Assembly: GCF_009914755.1 (NCBI RefSeq)
Contig: NC_060938.1
DNA from: the human T2T-CHM13v2.0 reference genome, Homo sapiens
Strand: one strand, 5' to 3'
DNA length: 64,000 bases
Positions 28,271-40,870 of the stretch are shown one piece after another. The stretch's first letter is position 1, and each line of letters begins with the position of its first letter. The notes under the pieces are model-generated. The model saw nothing but the letters and a program-made list of their open reading frames with translations. It ran no database searches and was not told where the DNA came from. A program made the translations under genes and the position numbers.

Positions 28271-28899
28271 GTGTTTGGGTGTGAGTGTGGGTATGGATGT
28301 GACAGTGACTTAGTGTGTGGCTGTGAGCGTGGGTATGTTTCTGTGTGTTTGTGTGTGAATGTTGTATAATAGTCGTGGTGTGTGTTTGTGAGAGTGACTG
28401 TGTGAGAGGGGCTTGCAGCTGAGTTCCTGGGCCCATCTTGCTGCCTCTTTCTCTCCCTGTGTGTTCTCTGCCTCTGTTGTGTTCTCTCTGCATGTCTGTC
28501 TCCATGTCTCTTTTTCCCTGTTCCCATCTCCTCTCTTTTTCTCCCATCTCTGTCTCCGTTTCTTCTTATCTCTCTCATCTCATCTCTCTCTCTTTCTGTC
28601 TCTTGTAACTCTGTCTCTGTCACTGGCCTCGCCTCTGTCCCTCCCTGTCCCTGTCTCTTATCTCTCTCCATCCCCATCTCTCTCTCTGTGTCTGTCTTTG
28701 TCTCTCCTTTCCTGTCTCTCTTGTCTCTCCCCATCCCTGTCTCTCTCTCTCTATGTCTCTGTGTCTCTTGTCTCTCCCCTCAGATAGACCGTGGTTGACC
28801 CTGGCTGACCTCTGCCTAACCCTGGACCTGGAAAGCCCTAGCTGACTCTGGGCTGGTTGGGGCTGGGCCTACCTGTGGCTGCAGCCCCTCGCTCAGGCC

Positions 28900-29470
28900 C
28901 CAGGCACACCTGGCCAGGTCTCGGTTTTGGGGCATGTTTCTCAGAACAGCAGTTCTCTGGCTGGAACACCTGACCTGGGCTGTGTTCACAATGACTCAGC
29001 CACCCCACAGGGCTATTTTGGGTATTTCTGCAGGTCTATTCAAGAGGCTTCAGGAGAGAGAGAAAAGCAAGAGAATACAAACGGCATGGCCTCCCCTCAC
29101 CTTCCTGTCCCCACTCCTGTACTGTACCCCCTCCCCAGTGCTAAGTCGAGACCTGGCGACCCCTTAGGGGCTGGGGCTGGGTGTAGCTCACAGGGCCTGG
29201 GCTGGTCTTCTCCCCACCAAGTCCTCCTGGGGCCTACACACCCCTCTGAGCCTGGAAGAATGGAGCAAGTCATTGGGGTCATTTCTTCATCTACCAGTGA
29301 GTACATGCACTGAGAGGGTCTCGGCTCCCCTGGAGGCCTCCCTCCACCACTGCAGGTCACTTACTCATGAGGGCCAAGGCTCAGAAATCAGACAGGACTC
29401 AGTGTCTAGTCAGACTGATACATGCTCAGAAAAGGAATCAGATTTCAAAATGAATATGCATAATAAAAGA
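28900..29470. promoter_or_regulatory. 3'RR enhancer HS3 (approximate)
   Basis: Unique island between the palindrome and the 20-bp array with AP-1/MARE-like ATGACTCAGC (28991-29000), MEF2-like GCTATTTTGG (29012-29021), and an AT-rich octamer-like segment at ~29450. Position matches HS3. Confidence 0.6.
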
Positions 29471-31580
29471 ACCAGAGATCAGTGATCAGGAACAGGGATC
29501 CGTGGTCTGGTCCAGGGCTCAGTGGTCAGGAACAGGGCCCAGTGATCAGGATCAGGGCTCAGTAATCAGGACCAGGGCCCAGTGATCAAGACCAGGGCCC
29601 AGTGATCTGGTCCAGGGCTCAGTGATTTGGTCCAGGGCTCAGTGATCAGGAACAGGGGTCATTGACTGGGTCCAGGGCTCAGTAATCAGGACCAGGGCTC
29701 AGTGGTCAGGAATAGGGGTTAGTGATCAGGAACAGGGCTCAGTGATCAGGTCCAGGGCTCAGCAATCGGGAACAAGGGTCAGTGATCAGGTCCAGGGGCC
29801 AGTGATCAGGACCAGGGGCCAGTGATCTGGTCCAGGGCTCAGTGATTAGGAACAGAGGTCAGTGGTCAGGATCAGAGCTCAGTTACCAGAAATAGGGCCC
29901 AACGATCAGGATCAGGGCTCAGTGATAAATACTAGGGTTCAGTGATCAAAAGGAGGTCTGAGTGATTAGAATCAGGGCCCAGTGATCAGGACCAGGACTG
30001 GATGATCAGCACCAGGACTCAGAAGTCAAGAGCAGAGCCCATTGATCAGGACCAGGAGTCAGGGACCAGAACCAGGGGCCATTGGTCAGAACCAGAGCCC
30101 AGTGATTAGGAACAAGACCCAGTGATGAGGGCCAGGGCTCAGTGATCAGGACCAAGATTCAGGGATAAGAACAGGACCCAGTGATCAGGACCAGGACCCA
30201 GTGATCAGGACCAGGGCTCAGTGATTGACTATTGACTAGGACCAGAGCTCAGTTATTGACTGTTGACTGGGACAAGGGCTCAGTGGTCAGGACCAGAGCA
30301 TAGTTAGCAGGACCAGGGCCCAGTGATCAGGGCCAGGGCTCATTGATCCAGAACATGGCCCAGTGATCAGGATCAAGACTCAGCGATCCAGACCAGGACT
30401 GAGTTAGGACCAGAGCCTAGTGATCCAGATCAGGGCTCAGTGATCACGACCAGGGCCCACTGATGAGGACTGGAATTGAGTGATCAAGTCTAGGACTCAG
30501 GGATCAGGACCAAGACTCAGTAATCAGGACCAGAGTTCAGGGGTAAGGACCAGAACACAGCATGACCAGGGCCCAGTGATCAGGAGCAAAGCCCTTTGAT
30601 CAGGGCCGGGGTTCATTGATCAGGAGCAGGGTTCAGTGATTAGGATCAGGGCCCAGTGCCCAGTGCCCAGTGACTAGCATCAGGATCTAATAATCAGGAC
30701 CAGAGCTGAGTGATCAGGACCAGGGCTGAGTGATCTGGACCAGGACTGAGTGATCAGGACCAGGGCTGGGTGATCAGGACCAGGGCTGAGTGATGAGGAC
30801 TAGGATGGAGTGATCAGGACCAGGGCTGTGTGATCTGGACCAGGACTGAGTGATCAGGACCAGGGCTGGGTGATCAGGACCAGGGCTGAGTGATGAGGAC
30901 CAGGGCTGAGTGATGAGGTCCAGGGCTGAGTGATGAGGACCAGGGCTGAGTGACCAGGACCAGGGCTGAGTGATGAGGTCCAGGGCTAAGTGAGGAGGTC
31001 CAGGGCTGAGTGATGAGGTCCAGGGCTGAGTGAGGAGGTCCAGGGCTGAGTGATGAGGTCCAGGGCTGAGTGATGAGGACCAGGGCTGAGTGACGAGGTC
31101 CAGGGCTGAGTGACGAGGACCAGGGCTGAGTGACGAGGTCCAGGGCTGAGTGACGAGGTCCAGGGCTGAGTGACCAGGACCAGGGCTGAGTGACGAGGTC
31201 CAGGGCTGAGTGACGAGGTCCAGGGCTGAGTGACGAGGACCAGGGCTGAGTGACGAGGACCAGGGCTGAGTGAGGAGGTCCAGGGCTGAGTGAGGAGGTC
31301 CAGGGCTGAGTGACGAGGTCCAGGGCTGAGTGACGAGGACCAGGGCTGAGTGACCAGGACCGGGGCTGAGTGATGAGGACCAGGGCTGAGTGATGAGGTC
31401 CAGGGCCAAAAACAGGAGTAGGACTCAGTGATCAGGACTAAGGCTCAGTGATCAAGGCTAGAATTAAGTGATCAGGAACAGGGACCAAGTAGTAGGACCA
31501 GAGCTCAGTGATCGGTAAACGGGCCCACTGGTCAGGACCAGGGCCCTGTGATCAGGATGAGGACCCAGTGAGGAGGACCA
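29470..31580. repeat. 20-bp tandem array, consensus CAGGGCTGAGTGATGAGGAC / CAGGGCTCAGTGATCAGGAC (~100 units)
   Basis: 20-bp period is obvious at 30700-31405 and more degenerate outside. Confidence 0.93.
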
Positions 31581-31865
31581 GGGCTGTCTAGGTTATGAGG
31601 AACAGGGATCCCATATAGTTCTTGGGAGCAGGCTTCTTTGCCATGTTCTCTGGTGAATCCAGCATTCATCCTTGGGCCTCAGCCTCATGCAAGATCAGGT
31701 CATTTCTTGATTTTGGGACCAGGGGTACCCTCTGTCCATGCCCACCATGACCACCATGACACCCAGGGGGACTTTGAAGCAGGCGTTCTCCAGTCTAAAG
31801 CCACCACCCTTTCCCTGACCCCCGTCTCCTCATTCAGAGTCTGTGAACATTTTCCTTGGGGCCAC

Positions 31866-31871
31866 TTTATT
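31866..31871 (-). terminator. Poly(A) signal for membrane IgA1 mRNA
   Basis: TTTATT on + (AATAAA on -) about 400 nt beyond the membrane-exon stop. Confidence 0.65.
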
Positions 31872-32276
31872 GCACCTGGAAGGCATGTGAGTAAGGGCGG
31901 GTCGGTGACGTCTGAAAGGGCTGAGTTCTGGCAAGCATAGCTGGCTTCTCCAAGAGGTTCCTCCACACTTCCTCCCTGCAAAGACAGAGGGGTCACAGCC
32001 TGAAGGAGCAGCATCCTTGCCAACGCCCTCTGTCTCAGCCCTGGCCTGGCTCATGGGAGCCTGGACGGAATCCTCGTTACTGCACTGGAGGGAAGCTCAG
32101 CCCTGACCCTGGGCCTGCGCGTGTCCTCAGTGTCTGTGAAGGGCCCCCCAGGAGAGCACGTCCCCCCACAGTGGGAGCAGGTGGTGCTCTCCTCTTAGCC
32201 AAGCACTGCAGCCCACCTCATCCACTGTGGGCTCATCCCCCTCCTGGGCTCCCACCTGTGCCTTGCCGGCTCCCGC

Positions 32277-32491
32277 TCAGTACTGGGGGCCCTCCCTGTT
32301 GCCAGATGGGCCCCGGACGCTGGTCACGGTCAGTGCTGTGCTATAGAACAGGCTCAGCAGGAAGAGGGTGAGGAAGGTGATGGTGGTGGGCCACAGGTTG
32401 GCGCCGGGGGTCTCCTCCTCCAGGGTCTCCTGCGGCAAGTCCAGCACCACATAGGGAGGCGGCATCTGCCAATCTGCAACAGAGCAAGAGC
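32277..32491 (-). CDS. IGHA1: IgA1 membrane exon (spacer, transmembrane, cytoplasmic tail); alternative acceptor at 32473
   Basis: (G)SCSVADWQMPPPYVVLDLPQETLEEETPGANLWPTTITFLTLFLLSLFYSTALTVTSVRGPSGNREGPQY*. Two in-frame AG acceptors 18 nt apart give the known long and short mIgA forms. Confidence 0.96.
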
Positions 32492-33049
32492 CTGCCAGGC
32501 CCAGACTCGTGTGAACAGCGGCTATGCTTCCTTGGGGTCTGGGGACAGTGGGGTCTGGGTCCCCATCTAAGGCCTGAGACTCCCCCAGGGAGGATGAGGA
32601 GGCAGAGTCCCAGGTGAGGGGCTGGGACCTTCTGTCTTTGACATTCTTAGGGCACTTCAGGGAGAGACTTGGCAGGGCAGAAAGTGGACACCATCTGCTT
32701 CTCCAAGGGAAGCTTGAGCCCGAGGTACCCTCCCGCCCCTCCCACCCCACCCCGTCTCAGTCCCAGCCACGTATTCAGTGACTGGGTCCCGGGGCCAGAG
32801 AGGACCAGACACACCCACCCTCAAGGAGATCTGGGTCCAAGACAGAGACCTGGGTCTGACACTCAGTGTGCCAAAGGTTGAATGGGCAAGACCAGAGGCC
32901 TCTGTTGCCTTCCCAGGGAATGTGGCTGAGGGGTTACAAGCGAGGGCCAGGTGAGGGCCACCAGCACGGGCATCCTCATTTTCCTCAGGGTCTCAGGGCA
33001 TAGACCTCCCATGTACAGCTGTACCTGCTTGTCATATGCTGATACATCC

Positions 33050-33710
33050 AGTCATTCACCTGTCTTTCTATCCTTCCATCCATCTATCCATCCATCCATC
33101 TATAAAGCTATTATCCGTATATCCACCCCTCCATCAGTAACACTCCTACCCACTCACCCAACCATTCATCCTCCATTCATCTATTAATGTAAGGCTATCA
33201 CTTAAATATCCACCCATATATCTATAAAGCTATTTTCCATCCATTCATCCTTCTTCCATCTATCCATCCATCCATTCACCCATCCATCTATAAAGCTATT
33301 TTCCATCTCTTCATTCATCCATTCATAAAGCAATTCTCCATCCAATTATCTTCCATACACCTATCCTCCATAGATCTACCCACCCACCCACCCCAGTATC
33401 CTCAATCCTCCGTCAGTCCACCCATCCTCCATTCACCCCTCCATCTATCTTCCATCCTCCATCCACCCTTCCATCCTCCATCCGCCTACCCATCCATCCA
33501 TCATCCATCCATCCATCCATCCATCATCCATCAGTCCATCCACCCATCCATCCATCCATCTTCCATCCTTCATTCATCCACTCATCCATCCTCCATCCAC
33601 CCGTCCTTCATCCATCCATCATATATCCATCTGTCCATCCTCCATCCAGCCATTTACCCACCCATCCATCCTCCGTCTACCAATCCTCCATCCACCCATC
33701 CATTCATTAT
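33050..33710. repeat. (TCCA)n degenerate tetranucleotide repeat in the CH3-M intron
   Basis: Directly visible. Confidence 0.9.
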
Positions 33711-35026
33711 ATGTCCTAGGATCTACCCATGTGTCTGCCTGATCTCTGTCTGCTGGTTCAGCCCCTCATCTGTTGATTCTCCCTCTTTCCCCCTCTCTTT
33801 AAAAGCCCCTCCCCTGGGCCAGGTCCTGGGTCCCATGGGCTGGAGGGCTTCTCTGTGGCAGGGCTTCCCCGAGTGACCTGTTGCTCTCAATTACCCTCTG
33901 GTGACTGGACCCTCAGGGGTGACAGTGGCCTCCACCTCACCTTGGCCCTGAGAGCAGAGGGAGGCAGCCAGAAGGCGGGGGGCCCTGGGGAGGCCCGGAA
34001 GATGTCTAAGGCACGAGCAGGGGCCCCACTGCCCCCTTGTGGGAGTCTGGGTGCCAGGTGTCCCCACAGTGGTTGTGGGACTGTTCTTACACTCCTGGGA
34101 GCCCCAGGCAGAAGCCAGAGGCATGCAGAGGGCCCTGGGCAGGCCCTGTCTCACTGGCCTGCTTCTGATGCCACCCCACGTGGCCCCTCCCTGTCTATGC
34201 TTTGGGTCCTAGTTGGGCTTAGGAAGGGATGGGAGACTTGGCCAGGCAGGGAGCAGGGGCTGCCTGGGAGGGGTCTGTGGAGTTGGTGCCTGATCTGTGC
34301 ACAGTGGAAACACAGGGAAGCCAGAGGGGCCTAGGGGAGCAGGCTGAGCTTGGGGGCTTGGGAGGGGACTCCCCTGGCTTTTCTGGAACTGGGTCTGGGC
34401 TGTGAACGTTCCGCTCCTGCAGGGCTCAGGCATATATGTGAGTGTGAGTGTGCACCTGTGCCCACGTGCCCCGTACAGAGCAGTGTGGTTAAGGGGAGGT
34501 GCCCCTTCCTGCATGCGTCAGTGGGACGTCCTGAGGCCCACCCACTAGGGTGGTGGGGCCCTCCTGGAGCTTGTCCTCCCAGTGGGGCCCTGGAGTCCAG
34601 CCCCTCACTCCCTCGCCGCTCCTGCCACTACCTGCGCCTTTCTTGGCTAGCCTGCTCCTTTTACCCTCCCTATTCCCTCCCAGCTACAGCCAGAGGCGGC
34701 TCTCTCAGGGACAAACGGCCATGCCACTGCTCACTCAGAACTGTCCGGGGCATGTGCGTCTCTCAGAACCCATCCTGGGCTGTGCCTGCCTTGGCAGACC
34801 TAAGATCTCACACCAGCGAGGCCTCCTGCACCACACACTCTCACACTCACAACTCACACTCACACCAGGGTGGAAAGGCTCAGGGGGGTGCCAGGGGCCC
34901 CCCGAGGCTCAGGGCAGGGGGTATTCTTCCCTGTCCATGCCCTGGCCCTTTCCCAAGTGCTGAGACCCTGAGGATGGACAGACAGGCGCCGGATGGAAGC
35001 GTGGGGCTGCTTGGGGGAGCATGGAG

Positions 35027-35032
35027 TTTATT
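35027..35032 (-). terminator. Poly(A) signal for secreted IgA1 mRNA
   Basis: AATAAA on the minus strand ~25 nt after the tailpiece stop. Confidence 0.9.
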
Positions 35033-35056
35033 CAGGGGTGGGGACAGGCGGGCGGC

Positions 35057-35451
35057 TCAGTAGCAGGTGCCGTCCACCTCCGCCATGACAACAGACACAT
35101 TGACATGGGTGGGTTTACCCGCCAAGCGGTCGATGGTCTTCTGTGTGAAGGCCAGCGGCAGGGCCTCGTGGCCCACCATGCAGGAGAAGGTGTCCCCCTT
35201 CTTCCAGTCCTCGGCTGCCACGCGCAGTATGCTGGTCACAGCGAAGGTGGTGGTGCCCTGGCTGGGCTCCTGCCGGGATGCCCAAGTCAGGTACTTCTCG
35301 CGGGGCAGCTCCTGTGACCCCTGCAGCCAGCGAACCAGCACGTCCTTGGGGCTGAAGCCGCGTGCCAGGCACGTCAGCGTCACCAGCTCGTTCAGGGCCA
35401 GCTCCTCCGACGGCGGCGGCAGCAGGTGGACCTCGGGCCGGAATGTGTTTC
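35057..35451 (-). CDS. IGHA1: IgA1 CH3 plus secretory tailpiece (internal donor for the membrane form at 35119/35118)
   Basis: (G)NTFRPEVHLLPPPSEELALNELVTLTCLARGFSPKDVL...KPTHVNVSVVMAEVDGTCY*, with AG acceptor and G|GTAAA internal donor. Confidence 0.98.
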
Positions 35452-35673
35452 CTGGAGGGTAGAGAGCCAGGTCAGGGGGCTGGGCAGGGGATGAGAGAGC
35501 CCCTCTGCTCTGGTGGGCACCCTGGGCTGTGTCCTGGCCCCTCAGCCTGCCTCAGTTTCCCTCTGTACTTGGCATGAGCACTGGAGCCCAGGATTGGGAG
35601 GGAGGAGGCAGGCCAGGAATATGCTTTGCAAACCAGAGCACTGAGCAGGGCCCCGAGCAGGGTCTGGACCCAC

Positions 35674-36033
35674 CGGATTTTGAGAGGGTGGCGGTTAGCG
35701 GGGTCTTGGACTCGGGGTAGGCAGCAGTGCAAGTGAAGGTCTTCCCATGGTTCCATGGCTCGGCACAGCCCGGCAGGACACTGGACACGCTGTAGCAGCC
35801 ACAGAGGTCACGCTCAGGTGGTCCTTGAACAGCGCTCTTCCCACTTGAGGGCGTCCAGGTGAAGGTGACACCTGAGGCATCTCTCAGGCCGGTCAGTGTG
35901 CACGTGAGGTTCGCTTCTGAACCTAAGAGCAGGTCCTCGAGGGCCGGTCGGTGCAGTGACAGTCGGGGGTGGCAGCATGAGGGAGATGGGGTAGGTGGAG
36001 TTGAGGGAGATGGGGTAGGTGGAGTTGAGGGAA
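35674..36033 (-). CDS. IGHA1: IgA1 hinge + CH2 exon
   Basis: VPSTPPTPSPSTPPTPSPSCCHPRLSLHRPALEDLLLGSEANLT...TATLSKS. The duplicated PSTPPTPS hinge is diagnostic of alpha-1 versus alpha-2. 360 nt with AG/GT borders. Confidence 0.98.
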
Positions 36034-36247
36034 CTGGAGTGGAGAGATGGCCTGAGCTGGTCAGCACATACTTCCCCATGCCCCCGCCTCGCCCCTCCTG
36101 GCCTGTCCACCACCACCTCCTGGGGCTCGGCCCGCGGTCCACTCTGGTGTGAGTGAAGGGGCGGCTCCCTGTGGGGAACACGGGTGCAGGCGCAGTGTCA
36201 GGGCACGACGGGGTGGCCCCGCCCCACTCCCCAGCCTGCCCTCTGAC

Positions 36248-36553
36248 CTGGGCAGGGCACAGTCACATCCTGGCTGGGATTCGTGTAGTGCTTCACGTGG
36301 CATGTCACGGACTTGCCGGCTAGGCACTGTGTGGCCGGCAGGGTCAGCTGGCTGCTCGTGGTGTACAGGTCCCCGGAGGCATCCTGGCTGGGTGGGAAGT
36401 TTCTGGCGGTCACGCCCTGTCCGCTTTCGCTCCAGGTCACACTGAGTGGCTCCTGGGGGAAGAAGCCCTGGACCAGGCAGGCGATGACCACGTTCCCATC
36501 TGGCTGGGTGCTGCAGAGGCTCAGCGGGAAGACCTTGGGGCTGGTCGGGGATG
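36248..36553 (-). CDS. IGHA1: IgA1 CH1 exon
   Basis: (A)SPTSPKVFPLSLCSTQPDGNVVIACLVQGFFPQEPL...QDVTVPCP; 306 nt with AG/GT borders. Confidence 0.98.
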
Positions 36554-37309
36554 CTGGAACACAGAATGCACTGTGAGGACGCGGCCCTCTCCTCTATACT
36601 GCCTCTCCTCTATACTGGAGGAACCCAGCACAGAGAGGCCTGGTGACAGCCCCATGGTCACACAGCTCCTGCACCACAGGCCTGCAGTTGGACCCTGCTG
36701 TCTGATCCCAGCAACATGGTTTCTGAACATGCTCCTTAGATAGGGTCTCTGATCCAGGCCATCCCAGACACAAGTTGTATTAAACAGGGCTCTGCCATGG
36801 AGTGGCTGAGTCCCCTGAGCTCCCTGACCGCAGCCCCTGCTCTGGGTGGGGGACATGTCTTGCTCTATCCCCTGCCCCTAGAGAGGATTTTGGTGGGGGC
36901 TCTTAGGAGAGGGTCTGGGCTCTGAGTGCTGTGTGCATGGGGTAGGGGTGGAGTGGCTTGGCTGTGACCCCATCCCCCTGTCCCTGGTCAGAGTCTCAGT
37001 CCAACACCCACCACTCCATGAGCCCCACCCCAGGCCCAAACAAGCCACAGTGGACCCCTGTGGCCTATGAGGTCTCGGGACTAGAGGCCAACAGGCTAAG
37101 CCATGTCCCTGCCAGGCCCTCCAGGACAGGGCCTGCTATACAGGGGAGCTCTGGGCCCAGCCCACTCCAAATTTCCTTCAGGCAGTGGGCAAGAGAGAAG
37201 ACAGAATCATGGTGCAACAGAGCTGCGTGGCCCTCAGAACCCCTAAGAACACAGCTGGGCTCAGGGCTCTGCAGGTGGAATCACACTCAACCCACGGCCT
37301 CTTTCCCAC

Positions 37310-40300
37310 ATTAGCAGCCACCTCAGCCCATCCCGCCCAGCCCAGCCCAGGCCAGTCCAGCTCAGTCCAGCCCAGCCCAGCTCAGCCCAGGCCAGTCCAG
37401 CTCAGTCCCGCCCAGTCCAGCCCAAGTCATCCTAGCCCATCCCATCCCAGCCCAGGTCAGCCCAGCTTAGTCCAGCTCAGCCCAGGTCAACCCAGCCCAG
37501 GCCAGCTCAGTACAGCTCAGCCCAGCCCAGGCCAGCTTAGTACAGCTCAGCCCAGCCCAGCTCAGCCTGGCCCAGGCCAGCTCAGTACAGCTCAGCTCAG
37601 CTCAGCCCAGCCCAGCCCAGCCCAGCCCAGTCCAGCCCAGTCCAGCCCAGTTCAGCTCAGCCCAACCCAGCTCAGCTCCGCCCAGCCTAGCTTAGCCTAG
37701 CCCAGCTCAACACAGCTCAGTCCATGTCAACCAAACCCAGCTCAGCTCAGCCTAGCTCAGCCCAGCTCAGCCCACCCCAGCTCAGCCTAGCTCAGCCCAC
37801 CCCAGCTCAGCCCAGCTCAGCCCAGTCTAGCTCAGTTCGGCCCAGCCCAGTCCAGCTCAGCTCAGCCCAGCCCAGCTCAGTCCACCTAAGCTCACCCAGC
37901 TCAGCTCAGTCTAGCTCAGCTCAGTCCAGCTCAGCCCAGCCTAGTCCAGCCCAGCCCAGCACAGGTCAGCCCAGCTTAGCTTAGCCCAGGTCAGTCCAGC
38001 TCAGCTCAGTCCACTTAAGCTCACCCAGGTCAGCTCCGTCCAGCTCAGCCCAGCCTAGCCCAGCTTAGCCCAGCCCAGCCCAACACAGGTCAGCCCAGCT
38101 CAGCCTAGCCCAGCCCAGCTCAGCACAGGTCAGACCAGCTCAGTACAGCTCAGGTCAGCCCAGACCAGTCCAACCCAGCCCAGCGCAGTCCAACCCAGCC
38201 CAGCTCAGCTCATCCAAGCCTAGCTCAGCTCAGCCCAGCCCAGGTCAGCCTAGCCCAGCCGAACCCAGCTCAGCCCAGGTCAACCCAATTCAGCTCAGCT
38301 CAGCCCAGGTCAACCCAACCAAGCTCAGCTCAGCCTAGCCCAGTCCAGCTCAGCCCAGCTCAGCTCAGCCCAGTCCAGCTCAATCCACCTAAGCTCACCC
38401 AGCTCAGCCCAGTCTGGCTCAGCTTAGGTCAGCCCAGCCCAGCCTAGCCCAGATCAGTCCAGCTTAGCCCAGCCCAGGTCAGCCCAGCCCAGGTCAGCCC
38501 AGCTCAGCTCAGCCCAGCCCAGCTCAGCCCAGCCCAGCCCAGCCCAGCTCAGCGCAGCCCAGCCTAGCTCACCCCAGCCAGGTCCAGCTTAGCCCAGCTC
38601 AGCCCAGCCCAACTCAGCTCAGCCCAGCTCAGCCCAACTCAGCTCAGCCCAGCTCAGCCCAACTCAGCCCAGCCCAGTTCAGCCCAACCCAGCCCAGCCC
38701 AGTCCAGCTTAGCCCAGCTCAGCCCAGCCCAGCCCAGCCCAGTCTAGCTCAGCCCAACCCAGCCCAGCCCAGCTCACCCCAGCCCAGCTCAGCTCAGCTC
38801 AGCTCAACCCAGGGCAGCCCAGCTCGTCCAAGCCCAGCCCAGCCCAGCCCAGCCTAGCCCAGCCCAGCTCAGGCCAGCCCAGCTCAGCTCAGCTCAGCTC
38901 AGCTCAACCCAGGCCAGCCCAGCTCGTCCCAGCCCAGCCCAGCCCAGCCCGTCCCAGCCCAGCCCAGCCCAGCCCAGCCCAGCCCATCCCATCCCGGCCC
39001 AGCCCGGCCCAGCCCAACCCGGCCCAGCCCAGCCCAGCCTAGCTCACCCCAGCCTGGTCTAGCTCAACCCAGCTCAGCTCAGCCCACCCTAGCTCAGCTC
39101 AGCCCAGCCCAGCTCATCCCAGCCCAGCCCAGCCCAGCTCGTCCCAGCCCAGCCCAGCCCAGCTTGTCCCAGCCCAGCCCAGCACAGCTCAGCCCAGCCC
39201 AGCCCAGCCCAGCACAGCTCAGCCCAGCCCAGCCCAGCCCAGCCCAGCCTGGCCTAGCTCACCCGAGCCTGGTCTAGCTCAGCCCAGCTCAGCTCAGCCC
39301 AGCTCAGACCCGCTCAGCCCGGCCCGGCCCGGCTCGGCCCGGCCCAGTCCGGCCCGGCCCGGCCCAATCCGGCCCGGCCCAGCTCAGCCCAGCCCAGTCC
39401 AGCTCAGCCCAGCTCAGCTCAGCCCAGTCTAGCTCAGCCCAACCCAGCCCAGCCCAGCCCAGCCCAGCCCAGCCCAGCCCAGCTCATCCCAGCCCAGCCC
39501 AGCTCAGCTCAGCTCAGCCCAGCCCAGCTCAGCCCAGCTCAGCCCAGCCCAGCCCAGCTCATCCCAGCCCAGTCCAGCCCAGCTCAGCTCAGCCCAGCCC
39601 AGCTCAGCTCAGCCCAGCCCAGCTCAGCACAGCACAGCCCAGTCCAGCTTAGCCCAGCTCAGCCCAGCACAGCTCAGCCCAGTCCAGCTTAGCCCAGCTC
39701 AGCCCAGCCCAGCCCAGCCCAGCTCAGCCAAGTCTAGCTCAGCCCAGCCCAGTCCAGCTCAGCCCAGCCCAGTCCAGCTTAGCCCAGCCCAGCTCAGCCC
39801 AGCTCAGCCCAGCCCAGCCCAGCCCAGCCCAGCTCAGCCCAGCTCAGCTCAGCTCAGCTCAACCCAGCCCAGCCCAGCTCGTCCAAGCCCAGCCCAGCCC
39901 AGCTCAGCCCAGCCCAGTCCAGCTCAGCCCAGACTAGCTCAGCCCAGCCTAGCTCAGCCCAGCTCAGCCCAGCCCAGTCCAGCTCAGCCCAGCCCAGTCC
40001 AGCTCAGCCCAGCCCAGTCCAGCTCAGCCCAGACTAGCTCAGCCCAGCCCAGCTCAGCCCAGCCTAGCTCAGCCCAGCTCAGCCCAGACCAGTTCAGCTC
40101 AGCCCAGTTCAGCCTAGCCTTGCTCAGCCCAGCCCAGCCCAGGGCAGCTCAGGGCAGCCCACATGGACGTGTATCAGCTGGCTCCACGTCATCTTCTTTG
40201 CCCTCTGGCTCGGCTCAGCCTAGGCCTCAGCTCAGCCATGAAACCTGTTCACCTTGTATCCCAGGAAGGGCCGGGTCATCCCTGGTTAGGCCTGGCCAGC

Positions 40301-40310
40301 CTGGCTCAGC
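37310..40310 (-). repeat. Switch region S-alpha1
   Basis: About 3 kb of CAGCC/CAGCT pentamers (GGGCT/GAGCT on the transcribed sense strand) with dense AGCT AID hotspots, upstream of CH1. Confidence 0.96.
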
Positions 40311-40512
40311 CCCCAGTGCCCAGATCCTTCCTGCCTGGTTAGGAAGCCCTGCCCTGTGGTTCCGGAGTCCCTGTGGTGACCTCTTTTGTCCTTCCCTCTT
40401 GTCTTGGTGCCTGTTCTCCACCTTTTGCTTCCAGAAGGGGCCAGGACCAGCCTGGCTGGACTCCTCAATGTGCAGAGGAGGAGACGGAGGCCTGGAGACC
40501 TCCAAGACCCAC

Positions 40513-40800
40513 CTGGTCAGGCTGCTGGAGGGCCCGCAGTGCTGAGTGGGCGGCCTCCGGCGTGCAGGCCCTCATGGCAGGTCCACCCTCACGGGCGTCT
40601 GGCTGCCTGCCAAGAGGGCTGCTGTGGGGAGGGAGCCCTGGCCCGGCCCAGGCCCTGCCTTGATGGCCGTCTGTCCTTAGCAGAGCCCTGCTCTGCCTCG
40701 CTGGCTGTGTCCACAGATGTGGCTGGATGCTGAGGGGCTGGAGGGGAGGGCCTGCATGCCCGTACGTCTGGCCTACAGACAGGGTCACTCGCCCACTTCC
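40513..40800 (-). ncRNA. I-alpha1 germline (sterile) exon, approximate
   Basis: Lies between the TGF-beta promoter and S-alpha; candidate donor CAG|GTGGGT at 40513/40512. Start sites are heterogeneous and not defined from sequence. Confidence 0.5.
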
Positions 40801-40870
40801 TGCCCCAGCAGACACGGCCGCGCGGCTCCACGTCATGTCTGGCCTGTGGTCTGGCTGTGGTGGGGCCAGG
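40790..40870 (-). promoter_or_regulatory. I-alpha1 promoter, TGF-beta response element
   Basis: ETS CACTTCCT 40794-40801, CRE-like CCACGTCA 40828-40835, alternating Smad GTCT (40837, 40849) and RUNX TGTGGT (40845, 40856) sites. Confidence 0.85.

Noticed and set aside
29470-31580. 20-bp array as CRISPR or coding repeat (211-aa ORF)
   Set aside because: Head-to-tail minisatellite without spacers; the ORF is a by-product.
35981-36030. 24-bp tandem duplication in coding sequence
   Set aside because: This is the well-known IgA1 hinge duplication; used only to identify IGHA1.
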